Assembly: GCA_037444445.1 (NCBI GenBank)
Contig: JBBIMK010000002.1
Span: 30,001 to 62,000 of the forward strand
DNA: 32,000 nucleotides
Direction of reading: 5' to 3'
Source: a bacterium
GTDB taxonomy: Bacteria; UBP7; UBA6624; JBBIMK01
In this document: positions 1-8,762 of the stretch, one piece after another
Layout of the letters: each line of letters starts with the position of its first letter
Position numbering within the stretch: the first letter of the stretch is position 1
Notes under the pieces: generated by a model
What the model was told of the DNA's origin: nothing
The model's database searches: none
Seen by the model: the letters and a program-made list of their open reading frames with translations, nothing else
Made by a program: the position numbers and the translations under genes

Positions 1-2
1 AG

Positions 3-329
3 AGCATCGTCGTCAAAACCACCACCAAACGCCTTTCCAAAGAAGAAGTCCGTAAGGCTCAAGTAGAAGTAGGGGGCTATACGGGTTCACTTCTCACTCA
101 GCGGGCAAAAGCGGAGGAACTGTATCAGGCAGAAAATCTCATCTATGAAGCGGGAGCGTTCTTACGAGACCGACGAAAGTTTATCGGCGCTGAACTGGCG
201 GGACGCATTGAGCAGTATATGGAGCAGGTGCGAGCTGCCATTGATTCAGGGGACCTGGAACAGGTACGCTCCTCCGCGGACAAACTTTCCGTGGCGCTCT
301 CCGATGCCGAGATGACCCTGAAACGGTGA
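3..329 (+). CDS. 3' end of an Hsp70-family (DnaK/HscA-like) chaperone gene, 5'-truncated by the window edge
   Basis: Frame 3 is open from the window edge to TGA at 327-329. It is absent from the ORF track because it has no start. The translation SIVVKTTTKRLSKEEVRKAQ...AENLIYEAGAFLRD...IEQYMEQVRAAIDSGDLEQVRSSADKLSVALSD looks like the end of an Hsp70 substrate-binding domain followed by the helical lid. Recognised by eye only. Confidence 0.4.
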   Translation, partial: SIVVKTTTKRLSKEEVRKAQVEVGGYTGSLLTQRAKAEELYQAENLIYEAGAFLRDRRKFIGAELAGRIEQYMEQVRAAIDSGDLEQVRSSADKLSVALSDAEMTLKR

Positions 330-357
330 GGAAGGAACAAGGGAGACGACCCCCCGG

Positions 358-978
358 TTGTATTCCTTCACCTGCCCTGCCTGCGGCTATAACATACGCG
401 AGGAAGATACCGAGTGCCCGTCGTGCGGAGTCTCTCTTTCTTTTTATTTGTCCCTCTGGAAGCGAGCAAAGGAGTGGAAGCAGAAAATTCAGGAGTTGTT
501 TCAATCCGCTCAATATCAGAAGGCCTTAGAAATTCTACATTTAACCTGGCAAATTCAACCTGTCTCGCCTCCGCCGGAGGAGATTTTGCTGGAAGCGCAA
601 ATACTGGCGAAATTGCACCGCTTCCGAGAGGCACTCTCACGGATACAGGGATTAGGCTACGGGGAATTGGAAGCCCAATGGAAAGAGCAATGGCGTAGAG
701 AAGAAGCCGCACGAGCCCATTATGATTGGGCGGAACATCTTTCCAGGCACCATCTGTTTCTCAGTGCAGAAGAAGAATTATTGCGGGCACTTTCTCTCAC
801 AGAAGAAAATCCTGATGTCCTCCTTCTACTTGCCTCTGTGTATCTGGAAAGAGGGGATAGAAAAAGAGGATGGGACTTTCTGATGAAAGGGCTCCGAAAA
901 GATCCTGTCCATCGCAAAGCAGTTGAACTTCTCCTGTCCCTGGTTACCCGACGCAACTCTCATCGGCCTCTGCCTTGA
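358..978 (+). CDS. Zinc-ribbon (CxxC-N11-CxxC) plus TPR-like helical repeat protein, function unknown
   Basis: 206-aa ORF with a TTG start at 358 and GGGAG about 11 nt upstream. The N-terminus is FTCPACGYNIREEDTECPSCG. The rest is helical and repeat-like (QYQKALEIL..., LLLLASVYLERGDRKRGWDFLMKGLRKDP). Its stop overlaps the next start as TTGA at 975-978. Confidence 0.6.
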   Translation: MYSFTCPACGYNIREEDTECPSCGVSLSFYLSLWKRAKEWKQKIQELFQSAQYQKALEILHLTWQIQPVSPPPEEILLEAQILAKLHRFREALSRIQGLGYGELEAQWKEQWRREEAARAHYDWAEHLSRHHLFLSAEEELLRALSLTEENPDVLLLLASVYLERGDRKRGWDFLMKGLRKDPVHRKAVELLLSLVTRRNSHRPLP

Positions 979-1778
979 AAACTTTAACCAGTTCTCGGAA
1001 TCCTTTGATTCATCAGACCGTTAGACTCGCTAAACCCTACTATCGCACCCGGTCAGGTCTTTTCTTGATTGAGGGGAAAAAACTGCTTCAAGAGGCGATT
1101 CTAAACCGAATTTCCATTGAAAGGATTTTCATCACCACATCCTTTCTACGAGAAAATGAGTCGTTTTGTGAAACACTGGAAGAATACTCACAGGTATACG
1201 AGGTTCCTGATTCGCTCTATCGCAAACTTTCTTCGTTAACCACGCCAGAGGGCATTCTGGGGGTTGCCAGACAGCAGTATATTTCGGCCGACGAACTTCA
1301 GAGGCATCTGGAGTCAGAAAAGTCATTCTTCGGTGTTCTCAGCGATGGAATTTCTGACCCTGGAAACCTGGGTTCCATCATTCGGAGTGCCTGCGCTTTT
1401 GGCGCTGCCTTTTTTCTTATCCTGAAAGATGGTGTAGATGCCTATCATTCAAAAGTGGTGCGAAGTTCTATGGGAGCCGTATTCCGCATTCCGATTCTTC
1501 TGGAGAATATGCAGGAATTTTTCACCCTTGTAAAGAAGCGCTGGGCCATCCCTTGCATCGTCACCTCCCCGCACGAAGGCATACCTCTGACGGCGTATAA
1601 ATTTCCGCCGCGCTGCGTAGTAGCCTTCGGCAATGAATCTCGGGGTGTAAGAAAAGAAATGTTACAACAGGCAGAATCGCTAATCACTATCCCCATGCGA
1701 GGCATGGAATCTTTTGGAGTTAGCGTATCCGCTGGTATAATCTTTTATGAGATTCAACGACAGATGAACAGAAGATGA
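975..1778 (+). CDS. TrmH/SpoU-family RNA 2'-O-methyltransferase
   Basis: 267 aa. It has SpoU-type motifs (DGISDPGNLGSIIRSA, VVAFGNESRGV, IPMRGMESFGVSVSAGIIFYE) and an N-terminal substrate-binding-like region (SSRNPLIHQ...LFLIEGKKLL). The TTG start overlaps the upstream stop. Confidence 0.85.
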   Translation: MKTLTSSRNPLIHQTVRLAKPYYRTRSGLFLIEGKKLLQEAILNRISIERIFITTSFLRENESFCETLEEYSQVYEVPDSLYRKLSSLTTPEGILGVARQQYISADELQRHLESEKSFFGVLSDGISDPGNLGSIIRSACAFGAAFFLILKDGVDAYHSKVVRSSMGAVFRIPILLENMQEFFTLVKKRWAIPCIVTSPHEGIPLTAYKFPPRCVVAFGNESRGVRKEMLQQAESLITIPMRGMESFGVSVSAGIIFYEIQRQMNRR

Positions 1779-2752
1779 AAAATAGGTGGAAACAATGGGC
1801 GCGGGAGGTGGAGCGAGGTGATAAGAGGGCTATTGCAAGAGCCATCAGCCTGGTGGAGAATGACGCAGAAGAAAGTGAAATTTTGTTAAATCTCTTGTAT
1901 CCCAAAATGGGGAGCACCTATAAAATTGGAGTCGCTGGTGCGCCAGGAGTTGGAAAAAGTAGCCTGATTGCCCAACTGGTGAAACCACTTAAACAGAAAG
2001 GAGGTCACATTGCAGTCATTGCTGTGGACCCCACAAGCCCATTTACCGGAGGTGCTCTGCTGGGCGACAGGCTACGACTGCAAGAACAGTTATTCAGGGA
2101 AAATGTGTTTATGCGAAGTATGGCCAGCCGTGGGTCCCTGGGTGGACTCTCTGCGAGTGTGCGTAGCGCCATTCGCATCCTGGGGGCTGCTGGCTACGAT
2201 ACCATCCTGGTGGAAACGGTGGGCTCCGGACAATTGCAGGTAGATGTGGTTCACATCGTGGACACTCTTCTCCTCCTGCTGGTCCCTGAATCCGGTGATG
2301 TGATACAGGGAATGAAAGCCGGATTACTGGAAGCCGGAGACATTTACATCATCAATAAATCTGACAGAGAAGGAGCGGAGAAATCAAAACAAGAACTCTC
2401 TTCAGCTCTCCGTTTGAGTGAAAATCACAATGGCTGGATTCCTCCAATCCTCCTGACGAATTCTCTCACAGGCCAGGGGATACAGGAACTTGTGCAGGCC
2501 ATACATCAGCACCGGGAATATCTTCACAACTCGGGAATAGGGAAAAAGCGACAAGCCGAGCAAGTCCGCAGGGAGATTGAGGAGTTCATTCAAAAAAGAA
2601 TTTATCGGCAGGTACAGAAGTCTTTGAACAAATGGTTGAACGCAGAACTACTTCAGCAGCTGGAGCGCGGTGAAACGACCCCGTACCAGGTGGCAAGAAG
2701 TCTCACAGCCCCTGAATTTAGCCTCAAAAATCTCTCTATAAAAAAGGAGTGA
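1775..2752 (+). CDS. meaB: MeaB/ArgK-type G3E GTPase (acyl-CoA mutase chaperone)
   Basis: 325 aa with P-loop GAPGVGKSS, then DPTSPFTGGALLGDR, ETVGSGQ and NKSD. It has an ATGA overlap with the upstream gene and lies directly upstream of the mutase subunits. Confidence 0.9.
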   Translation: MKNRWKQWAREVERGDKRAIARAISLVENDAEESEILLNLLYPKMGSTYKIGVAGAPGVGKSSLIAQLVKPLKQKGGHIAVIAVDPTSPFTGGALLGDRLRLQEQLFRENVFMRSMASRGSLGGLSASVRSAIRILGAAGYDTILVETVGSGQLQVDVVHIVDTLLLLLVPESGDVIQGMKAGLLEAGDIYIINKSDREGAEKSKQELSSALRLSENHNGWIPPILLTNSLTGQGIQELVQAIHQHREYLHNSGIGKKRQAEQVRREIEEFIQKRIYRQVQKSLNKWLNAELLQQLERGETTPYQVARSLTAPEFSLKNLSIKKE

Positions 2753-2759
2753 AAAAAAA

Positions 2760-4439
2760 ATGGGTGTAAAGTTTCCCCTGCATACTAAATCAAAAAGCAG
2801 GAAGGTCCTTTCGCATGACGAACCTGAAGATATAAATCTGCAGGTGAAAGAGCGGAAAAAACTTTTTAAGACACTTTCTGGTATTGAAGTCAAAAGGTTT
2901 TATCATCCGAAGGATGCGATGTCAGGGGGATATGAGCAAACCCTGAATGACCCCGGCTGTTATCCATTTACGCGGGGAATCTATCCCACTCTCTACCGGG
3001 GTCGCCTATGGACTTATCGTCAATTTTCCGGCTTCGGCACACCCTTGGATACAAATCGCAGATACAAGTATCTCATTTCTCAGGGGCAAACCGGATTATC
3101 CGTCGCTTTTGACTTGCCCACTCTCATGGGAAGAGATGCCGATGACCCGCGTTGCCTGGGAGAAGTGGGGAAATGTGGCGTAGGCGTTTCCTCGCTGGAA
3201 GACATGGAAACACTTTTTGAAGGGATTGACCTTTCCAGAATCACGACCTCCATGACCATAAATGCTCCTGCCGCATGGGTGTGGGCCATGTATCTGGCTG
3301 TGGCTGAGAAACAGGGAGCCTCCTGGAAAAAAATTTCTGGCACGATTCAAAACGACATCCTGAAAGAATTCATTGCCCAGAAGGAATGGATATTTCCACC
3401 CGAACCACACATGAGGCTCATCGTTGACACCATAGATTTTTCGGTGAAGTGTGTCCCTCGCTGGCATCCCATCAGCATCAGTGGGTATCACATTCGTGAA
3501 GCAGGTTCTACCGCCGTGCAAGAGCTGGCTTTTACTCTGGCTGATGGGATGGAATATGTGAAATGGTGCATAGAGGCTGGATTGAAGGTTGATGAATTTG
3601 CTCCCACGCTTTCGTTTTTTTTCAATAGTCATCTGGATTTCTTTGAGGAGATTGCAAAATTTCGTGCGGCGCGACGCATCTGGGCTCGAGTGATGCGCGA
3701 AAAATTCGGAGCCCAAAAAGAGAAATCCTGGCTGTTAAGATTCCATACCCAGACGGCAGGATGCTCTCTACAGAAGCAACAACCGGATGTCAATGTGATT
3801 CGTTCTGCTTACGAGGCTCTGGCGGCCGTTTTGGGAGGCACTCAATCTCTTCATGTGAATTCGCTGGATGAAGCATTAGGACTTCCCACTGAAAAAGCCG
3901 TAAGAATTTCTCTACGCACACAGCAAGTGCTTGCCCATGAACTGGGAGTGACGAATACCGTAGACCCGCTGGGCGGGGCATATTTCGTAGAATGGCTGAC
4001 GGACCGAATGGAAGATGAAGTCCAAAAGTATTTCCAAAAAATTGAAGAAGTGGGAGGTGTACTCCCCGGAATTGAAGCCGGCTTCTTTCAACAAGAAATT
4101 GCGAATGCCGCCTATGCATACCAGCAAGAAATTGACCGAAAGGAGCGTATCATTGTGGGGGTCAACGACTACTTATTAGAAGAATCACCAGACATAGAGG
4201 TTCTCAAGATTCCCGACACCGCAGAAAAAACCCAGATACAGCGGCTGAAATCTCTCCGCCGCAGGCGTGACCATCGGGCAGTCGTGCAAAGGTTGAGGGA
4301 CCTACAAAAGGCGGCGAAAACTTCTAAAAATCTCATGCCCGAACTCTATGAAGCCGTGAAAGCCTATGCTACACTGGGTGAGATAGCCGGCGTTCTTAAA
4401 GAGGTGTTCGGAGAATATCGGGAACGGGCGGTGATTTAA
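2760..4439 (+). CDS. B12-dependent acyl-CoA mutase, large (substrate-binding) subunit; specificity residues look isobutyryl-CoA-mutase-like
   Basis: 559 aa with an AGGAG RBS. Family motifs are [46 protein letters not shown] and [11 protein letters not shown]. Phe89 (TTT 3024-3026) and Gln207 (CAG 3378-3380) occupy the positions of MutB Tyr89 and Arg207. Confidence 0.9.
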   Translation: MGVKFPLHTKSKSRKVLSHDEPEDINLQVKERKKLFKTLSGIEVKRFYHPKDAMSGGYEQTLNDPGCYPFTRGIYPTLYRGRLWTYRQFSGFGTPLDTNRRYKYLISQGQTGLSVAFDLPTLMGRDADDPRCLGEVGKCGVGVSSLEDMETLFEGIDLSRITTSMTINAPAAWVWAMYLAVAEKQGASWKKISGTIQNDILKEFIAQKEWIFPPEPHMRLIVDTIDFSVKCVPRWHPISISGYHIREAGSTAVQELAFTLADGMEYVKWCIEAGLKVDEFAPTLSFFFNSHLDFFEEIAKFRAARRIWARVMREKFGAQKEKSWLLRFHTQTAGCSLQKQQPDVNVIRSAYEALAAVLGGTQSLHVNSLDEALGLPTEKAVRISLRTQQVLAHELGVTNTVDPLGGAYFVEWLTDRMEDEVQKYFQKIEEVGGVLPGIEAGFFQQEIANAAYAYQQEIDRKERIIVGVNDYLLEESPDIEVLKIPDTAEKTQIQRLKSLRRRRDHRAVVQRLRDLQKAAKTSKNLMPELYEAVKAYATLGEIAGVLKEVFGEYRERAVI

Positions 4440-4440
4440 G

Positions 4441-4917
4441 ATGTCCCGACTGTCATTTTCAAAAGTTAAACCCGAGAGGGTAAAGCAGGGGAAGTCAATA
4501 CCCATCCGGGTTCTGGTGGCGAAAGTGGGATTGGATGGGCATGATAGAGGAGCCAAAGTCATTGCTCGTGCTCTGAGGGACGCAGGGATGGAGGTCATCT
4601 ATTCTGGACTCCACCGCACCCCGGAGGAAATCGTGGATATGGCGATTCAAGAAGATGTGCGAGTGATTGCGGTGAGCCTGCTATCTGGCGCCCATATGGT
4701 TCTCGTGCCCCGCATTCTGCAACTCCTGAAGAAAGAAAAAGTGAAAGATGTCCTGGTTCTGGTGGGAGGCACGATTCCGGAAGATGATGCGAAGATTCTC
4801 AAAAAAATGGGTGTGAAAGAAGTTTATTTTCCGGGCACTCTTACCACAGGCATCGTGGAAGATATCCTCCGTTACACCTCGGAACCGAAACAGAAACTGA
4901 GGGTGAAAAAATCTTGA
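4441..4917 (+). CDS. Acyl-CoA mutase small subunit, cobalamin-binding domain
   Basis: 158 aa. The DxHxxG B12-binding motif is present as [23 protein letters not shown], followed by SLLSGAH and GGTIP. The ATG lies 1 nt after the large-subunit stop. Confidence 0.9.
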   Translation: MSRLSFSKVKPERVKQGKSIPIRVLVAKVGLDGHDRGAKVIARALRDAGMEVIYSGLHRTPEEIVDMAIQEDVRVIAVSLLSGAHMVLVPRILQLLKKEKVKDVLVLVGGTIPEDDAKILKKMGVKEVYFPGTLTTGIVEDILRYTSEPKQKLRVKKS

Positions 4918-4982
4918 AAACCCTCCCACCTTCCCTTTTTATGCTGTCCCTCCTGTGGAGAAAGTAATTCAAATATTTTTGT

Positions 4983-5543
4983 TCACCAGAAACGTTCTTC
5001 GCCCGGAATAAAAACCGCCATTGCGAGGACTGTAGTCCATGAGCCTCCTTTGGCGCCGATGGCGGATTGAGTGATGCTCTGCGTTCTATAGATTTTCCCG
5101 CTGATTTTCCAGATTTCCTTTTTTTCGTCGTAACTTTTATCGGGGTCAAATGTCACCCCCAGGGTTGTAGCCAGCATGGTTGCAGCCTGGTCCTCCGCAT
5201 AGTCCCCTGCTTCCTTTTCTGTGAGTCCAAAACTGTGATACTCGGACAGATACCCGTACTGGTTTCTATCCGTAGGAACGGCCACTCCGATAGAAGCCGC
5301 TATCAGGCGATTCGGTTCGTTCGTAGAGTTTTCCGACATCACCGTAAATGCGATTTGCCCCGGCTGAAGAAGCACTAACCCTCTGGATTTCGGGATGATT
5401 TTGCAATGAGGAGGGAAAATGCTGGAAACACGAACCAGATTCAAATGAGCAATCCCTGCATCCCGTAAAGCCATCTCAAAACTGGTGAGTTTATCCTTAT
5501 GCTTTCCGACTCCCTTGGTCAGGAACAGATGAGCCGGCACCAT
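4983..5543 (-). CDS. pdaD: Pyruvoyl-dependent arginine decarboxylase
   Basis: 186 aa. The N-terminus [45 protein letters not shown] carries the PdaD-type self-processing Ser-Ser site (VSSI). Confidence 0.85.
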   Translation of the reverse strand: MVPAHLFLTKGVGKHKDKLTSFEMALRDAGIAHLNLVRVSSIFPPHCKIIPKSRGLVLLQPGQIAFTVMSENSTNEPNRLIAASIGVAVPTDRNQYGYLSEYHSFGLTEKEAGDYAEDQAATMLATTLGVTFDPDKSYDEKKEIWKISGKIYRTQSITQSAIGAKGGSWTTVLAMAVFIPGEERFW

Positions 5544-5555
5544 CTCCTGCTAAGG

Positions 5556-6842
5556 TTATGAAGAAGGGAGTTCAGTTTCTGCTGGCTCAAAAGCCCGCAG
5601 GAGAGCATCAAAATCCAGACGATAATTTACCAGCATTCGGACTTTTACAGGTTCTTCTTCTTCCGCAAGGGTGGCTTGAAGTGGAATTTCCTTCTCTACT
5701 TTCCAGTAATCCACATACTGGGTGATGGAGAGGAGAACGAAGTAAGAGTGCTCGTAGTCGTAGACGGCTACGCCGCCCATGCTGATTTTTCCCCGGAAGG
5801 AGCGTTCAATACGGCGGGTTTGGGTTTGTTCCACCTCACTATCATCAAAGTGATTTGCTCCGCTCATCGTGAAGATGGCCACATTATACAGGTTATAAAT
5901 CGTGTAACCGGGCTGATTATCAAATCGGGTATTCAAGAGTTGGCGAGCAAAGAAAAAACGACCCGGGCTCCGCAGGGCTGCTGACACATCTTCATCCGGA
6001 GATAAGCCACCAAAAGTGCTGATTTGAAACCGAGGCCAGACCGTAAACTTCATCTCTATGGGAATTTTTTTCCGAACCCCCAGCAGGGTGTAATAATAAG
6101 TGTTGTACCAGGTTTCACCAAGAACTACGGGTTTATCAGGCATATAGCAGGTATAGAAAAGTTCCATTAATTGATCCAGGCTCTGACTGGACACATCTTC
6201 TTCTTTGACGCGGACGAGTTCTACACCACGGCTACCAAGGACTTCACAACGGCTGTTCTGTACGACAATCAGTTTTTGTTTAAGGAGTTCCGAGATATCC
6301 AGTTTTCGTCCACCCACTGCTTCCCCACCGGGTGCGGGGCCTCCCCCACCGGGTCCGGGTCCTGGGCTTGGCCCGGGTCCTGGTCCGGGTCCTGGATATT
6401 GCTTGATTCCATCCTTTGGCTCTCCTTTCGCAGGAGTTACGAGGCCGGTAGAATAACCTGGTCCGCCTCCCCCCGGGCCCCCCGGTGGCGTTCCGCCTCC
6501 TGCTCCGGGAGTACCGCCCGGTCCTCTTTCTCCTGGCACTCCTTCCCCAAGGGAAATTTCTTGCTTGGAAAAAGTATAATTACTAAATAGCACTTCGGAG
6601 GTCAGAGCCCCGTAAGAATTATCGGTGGTTTGAATGGAAAAGTCAGCCTGCGTAAAACCAATCAGGCCTTCATACTGCTGTGGACGGGTGATGGAACCAT
6701 CCAGGGCGGTGTAAATGGAATAGATGGCTTCCTGATTCACAGCCGGGTCGAAACGAAGCACTGCCACGCGAACTACCTGGCTGAAGAGAACCGCTCCCCC
6801 ACCCAGCATCAAAAATATCACGACTGATAACGATTTTTTCAT
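5556..6842 (-). CDS. Secreted protein of unknown function with a central Gly/Pro-rich low-complexity linker
   Basis: I set the start at ATG 6842 (MKKSLSVVIFLML...) with GGAGGAGGG 4-12 nt upstream. The track ORF start at 6902 runs into tRNA-Ala. The protein has a signal-peptide-like N-terminus and a roughly 80-aa G/P-rich stretch encoded at 6309-6548. The C-terminal region of about 250 aa is not low-complexity, and I recognise no motif in it. Confidence 0.7.
   Translation of the reverse strand: MKKSLSVVIFLMLGGGAVLFSQVVRVAVLRFDPAVNQEAIYSIYTALDGSITRPQQYEGLIGFTQADFSIQTTDNSYGALTSEVLFSNYTFSKQEISLGEGVPGERGPGGTPGAGGGTPPGGPGGGGPGYSTGLVTPAKGEPKDGIKQYPGPGPGPGPSPGPGPGGGGPAPGGEAVGGRKLDISELLKQKLIVVQNSRCEVLGSRGVELVRVKEEDVSSQSLDQLMELFYTCYMPDKPVVLGETWYNTYYYTLLGVRKKIPIEMKFTVWPRFQISTFGGLSPDEDVSAALRSPGRFFFARQLLNTRFDNQPGYTIYNLYNVAIFTMSGANHFDDSEVEQTQTRRIERSFRGKISMGGVAVYDYEHSYFVLLSITQYVDYWKVEKEIPLQATLAEEEEPVKVRMLVNYRLDFDALLRAFEPAETELPSS
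6351..6395 (-). repeat. Imperfect hexanucleotide tandem repeat (GGGTCC/TGGTCC units) encoding (Pro-Gly)n
   Basis: The plus strand reads gggtcc gggtcc tgggct tggccc gggtcc tggtcc gggtcc tgg. It lies inside the Gly/Pro-rich coding segment (PGPGPGPGPSPGPGPG on the minus strand). Confidence 0.7.
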
Positions 6843-6857
6843 TTTCCCTCCTCCATC

Positions 6858-6932
6858 TGGTGGAGCTGGCGGGACTTGAACCCGCGACCTCTTCCGTGCC
6901 ATGGAAACGCGCTACCTCTGCGCCACAGCCCC
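6858..6932 (-). tRNA. tRNA-Ala (anticodon GGC), CCA encoded
   Basis: Hand-folded cloverleaf: GGGGCTG/TG/GCGC-AGAGGTA-GCGC/G/TTTCC-ATGGCAC-GGAAG/AGGTC/GCGGG-TTCAAGT-CCCGC/CAGCTCC/A/CCA. It has the G3:U70 alanine identity pair, U33 and anticodon GGC. Confidence 0.9.
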
Positions 6933-6941
6933 ACTACTTAC

Positions 6942-7301
6942 TTATTCTACCACATGGATATTGTTTTCTTCACCCCACATCCGCTCTAAATTATAAAAAA
7001 CGCGACTTTCTGGTGAAAAAATATGCAGAACCGTTTCCCCGTAATCCAGCAGAATCCAGGAGGAACCCCCTTCCACTCCCGACTGCCCGAGAGGATATAT
7101 CCCCACCCGAGCCGTTTCTTCCAGAACGCTATCCGCAATCGCTTTCCGGTGCAGGTCTACTCGCGCTGTGCAAAGGATAAACCGGTCGGTCCAGTCCACT
7201 TGTTCGGATAAGTCAACAATGACGATGTTTTCCGCCTTCTTATCCTTCAGCACCCGAAGGAGAGTGTGGCTTAAAGTAGAAAGCGGTAAAGAGTTATCCA
7301 A
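6942..7301 (-). CDS. rsfS: Ribosomal silencing factor RsfS (iojap family)
   Basis: 119 aa with LKDKKAENIVIVDLSEQVDWTDRFILCTARVDLH...WILLDYGETVLHIFSPESRVFYNLERMW. The TTG start overlaps the end of the upstream LCP gene by 8 nt. Confidence 0.9.
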   Translation of the reverse strand: MDNSLPLSTLSHTLLRVLKDKKAENIVIVDLSEQVDWTDRFILCTARVDLHRKAIADSVLEETARVGIYPLGQSGVEGGSSWILLDYGETVLHIFSPESRVFYNLERMWGEENNIHVVE

Positions 7302-8148
7302 GGCGAGATAGTTGGCTCATCAGTTTACGACTTTCCAGCACATCGGGTTTCCAGTAAGGCTTCACCGGTTTACCTGGAAGAAGGTCTGCCTTCAATCCCC
7401 CTTCCTTCATACGGGATAAGGTGCGGTAAAGCCAAAAAATCTCTCGCAGGTCCGCATCCGTTTTGATTTCTTTCCGCAGTTCCATATACCATCGGGACAA
7501 CTGGTAAAAGGAATGATGGCTTCGGACTTTCATCGCAAGAGCCCGAATCAGTTTCTGCTGGCGATGAATTCGGTCTATGTCTCCCATAGGGTCCAGGCGA
7601 TAACGCACATAACACAGGGCTTGTTCCCCGTGAAGAACATACCGCCCTGCAGGAAGGGAACAACTTAGATTTTGAGCCGTGTCTTCATACTTCATATCCT
7701 TATCCACATAGATTTCCACACCTCCAACCAGGTCCACAGCTTTCCGAAATGCTTCAAAATTGAGCACAAGATATTTATCCACTTTACGCTCCAGAAGTAT
7801 TTCCAGTGTAGTTTTCAACAACGGGATGCCTCCTCGTCCGTAGGTGGCATTCAACCTGCCGAATCCATTACCTTTAATTCGGGTGTAGGTATCCCGGGGA
7901 ATGGAAAGCAGGCGGAGGGTGCCCGATGATATATCTGCGAACAATAGGGCTATCACATCAGCCCGGCGATTATCTGCCCCCCCCACATCCTGGTCCACAC
8001 CCACCACCAGCAAAATGAGTGGCCGAGAAAGCGTATACGCATTCCCTTGCCAGGCTTCATGGAGGAAGGAAAGGATTCCAAGGCTTGCAGAAAGGGTGAA
8101 TAGAAGAAAAAAATACCGAGCGAGGAGTAAAAGAAAATTTCTACTCAT
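7294..8148 (-). CDS. LytR-CpsA-Psr (LCP) family protein
   Basis: 284 aa with an N-terminal membrane anchor. LCP motifs are LLVGVDQ...RADVIALL...LLSIPRDTY, LNATY and LVGGVEIYVD. It has an ATGA overlap with nadD. Confidence 0.85.
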   Translation of the reverse strand: MSRNFLLLLARYFFLLFTLSASLGILSFLHEAWQGNAYTLSRPLILLVVGVDQDVGGADNRRADVIALLFADISSGTLRLLSIPRDTYTRIKGNGFGRLNATYGRGGIPLLKTTLEILLERKVDKYLVLNFEAFRKAVDLVGGVEIYVDKDMKYEDTAQNLSCSLPAGRYVLHGEQALCYVRYRLDPMGDIDRIHRQQKLIRALAMKVRSHHSFYQLSRWYMELRKEIKTDADLREIFWLYRTLSRMKEGGLKADLLPGKPVKPYWKPDVLESRKLMSQLSRLG

Positions 8149-8762
8149 GAAAAGAGAGCTGAATTTTTATAGAATCCGTGTTGATAGATATATTCCACAA
8201 CAGGGTCGGGAGTGAGATAACGAATAGAACGGCCCTGCTGGACACGACGCCGGATTTCTGTGGATGAAATCGAAAATGAAGGAATGGAAACCAGGTAAAT
8301 ATGGCGTCGTTCCTCCTCTGTGAAAACTTTTTCCAGTTGATTCAGGGCAAGTTCGGGACGAGTGACTGCTACAAATTCCGCCAGTTGAAGAAGCCCCTTT
8401 CCTTCGTGCCACGTTGGCATCTCCAGAATTGCATCCAACCCCGTTATAAAATAAAGACGAAGGCCTGGCCCATACAGGTTTTGCAACTGCCGTAGAGTAT
8501 CTGCCGTATAGGAAATCCCAGGCCGGTCGATTTCCATCCGTGAAACTTCGAAATAAGGATTAGCCCGGACAGCCAGCACCGTCATAGCATATCTCTCCTC
8601 ACCGGGCAAAACTTCCTGTCGCACCTTGTGAGGCGGGTCACCGGAAGGAATAAATAGCACTTTCTCCAATCGGAACTGTTCACGAACCTCCTCAGCCGCC
8701 AATAAATGGCCGTAGTGAATGGGGTTAAATGTGCCTCCCATTACTCCCAGGCTGATTTTCAA
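8145..8762 (-). CDS. nadD: Nicotinate-nucleotide adenylyltransferase
   Basis: 205 aa with GVMGGTFNPIHYGHL (the HxGH nucleotidyltransferase motif) and ISSTEIRRR. The TTG start overlaps the obg stop as TTGA. Confidence 0.9.
   Translation of the reverse strand: MKISLGVMGGTFNPIHYGHLLAAEEVREQFRLEKVLFIPSGDPPHKVRQEVLPGEERYAMTVLAVRANPYFEVSRMEIDRPGISYTADTLRQLQNLYGPGLRLYFITGLDAILEMPTWHEGKGLLQLAEFVAVTRPELALNQLEKVFTEEERRHIYLVSIPSFSISSTEIRRRVQQGRSIRYLTPDPVVEYIYQHGFYKNSALFS

Noticed and set aside
3096-3716. 206-aa ORF on the minus strand inside the mutase large-subunit gene
   Set aside because: It is antisense to a gene with unmistakable family motifs. Its translation is low-complexity, Arg/Ser/His-rich and has no recognisable motif, so it is a shadow ORF.
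4918-4982. Convergent intergenic region between the mutase small subunit gene and pdaD, searched for a bidirectional terminator
   Set aside because: I found only 4-5 bp complementary segments (CTCC/GGAG) and no adjacent U-tract, so there is no convincing hairpin.
6309-6548. Repetitive GC-rich stretch considered as a CRISPR array, minisatellite or non-coding repeat
   Set aside because: There is no repeat-spacer periodicity. It stays in frame within a long ORF and simply encodes Gly/Pro low complexity. Only the 6351-6395 hexamer units are truly tandem.
6843-6902. N-terminal 20-codon extension (MARKRSRVQVPPAPPDGGGK) of the track ORF 5556..6902
   Set aside because: It is translated through tRNA-Ala (6858-6932). 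A good ATG with a GGAGGAGGG RBS exists at 6842, and a signal peptide begins there.
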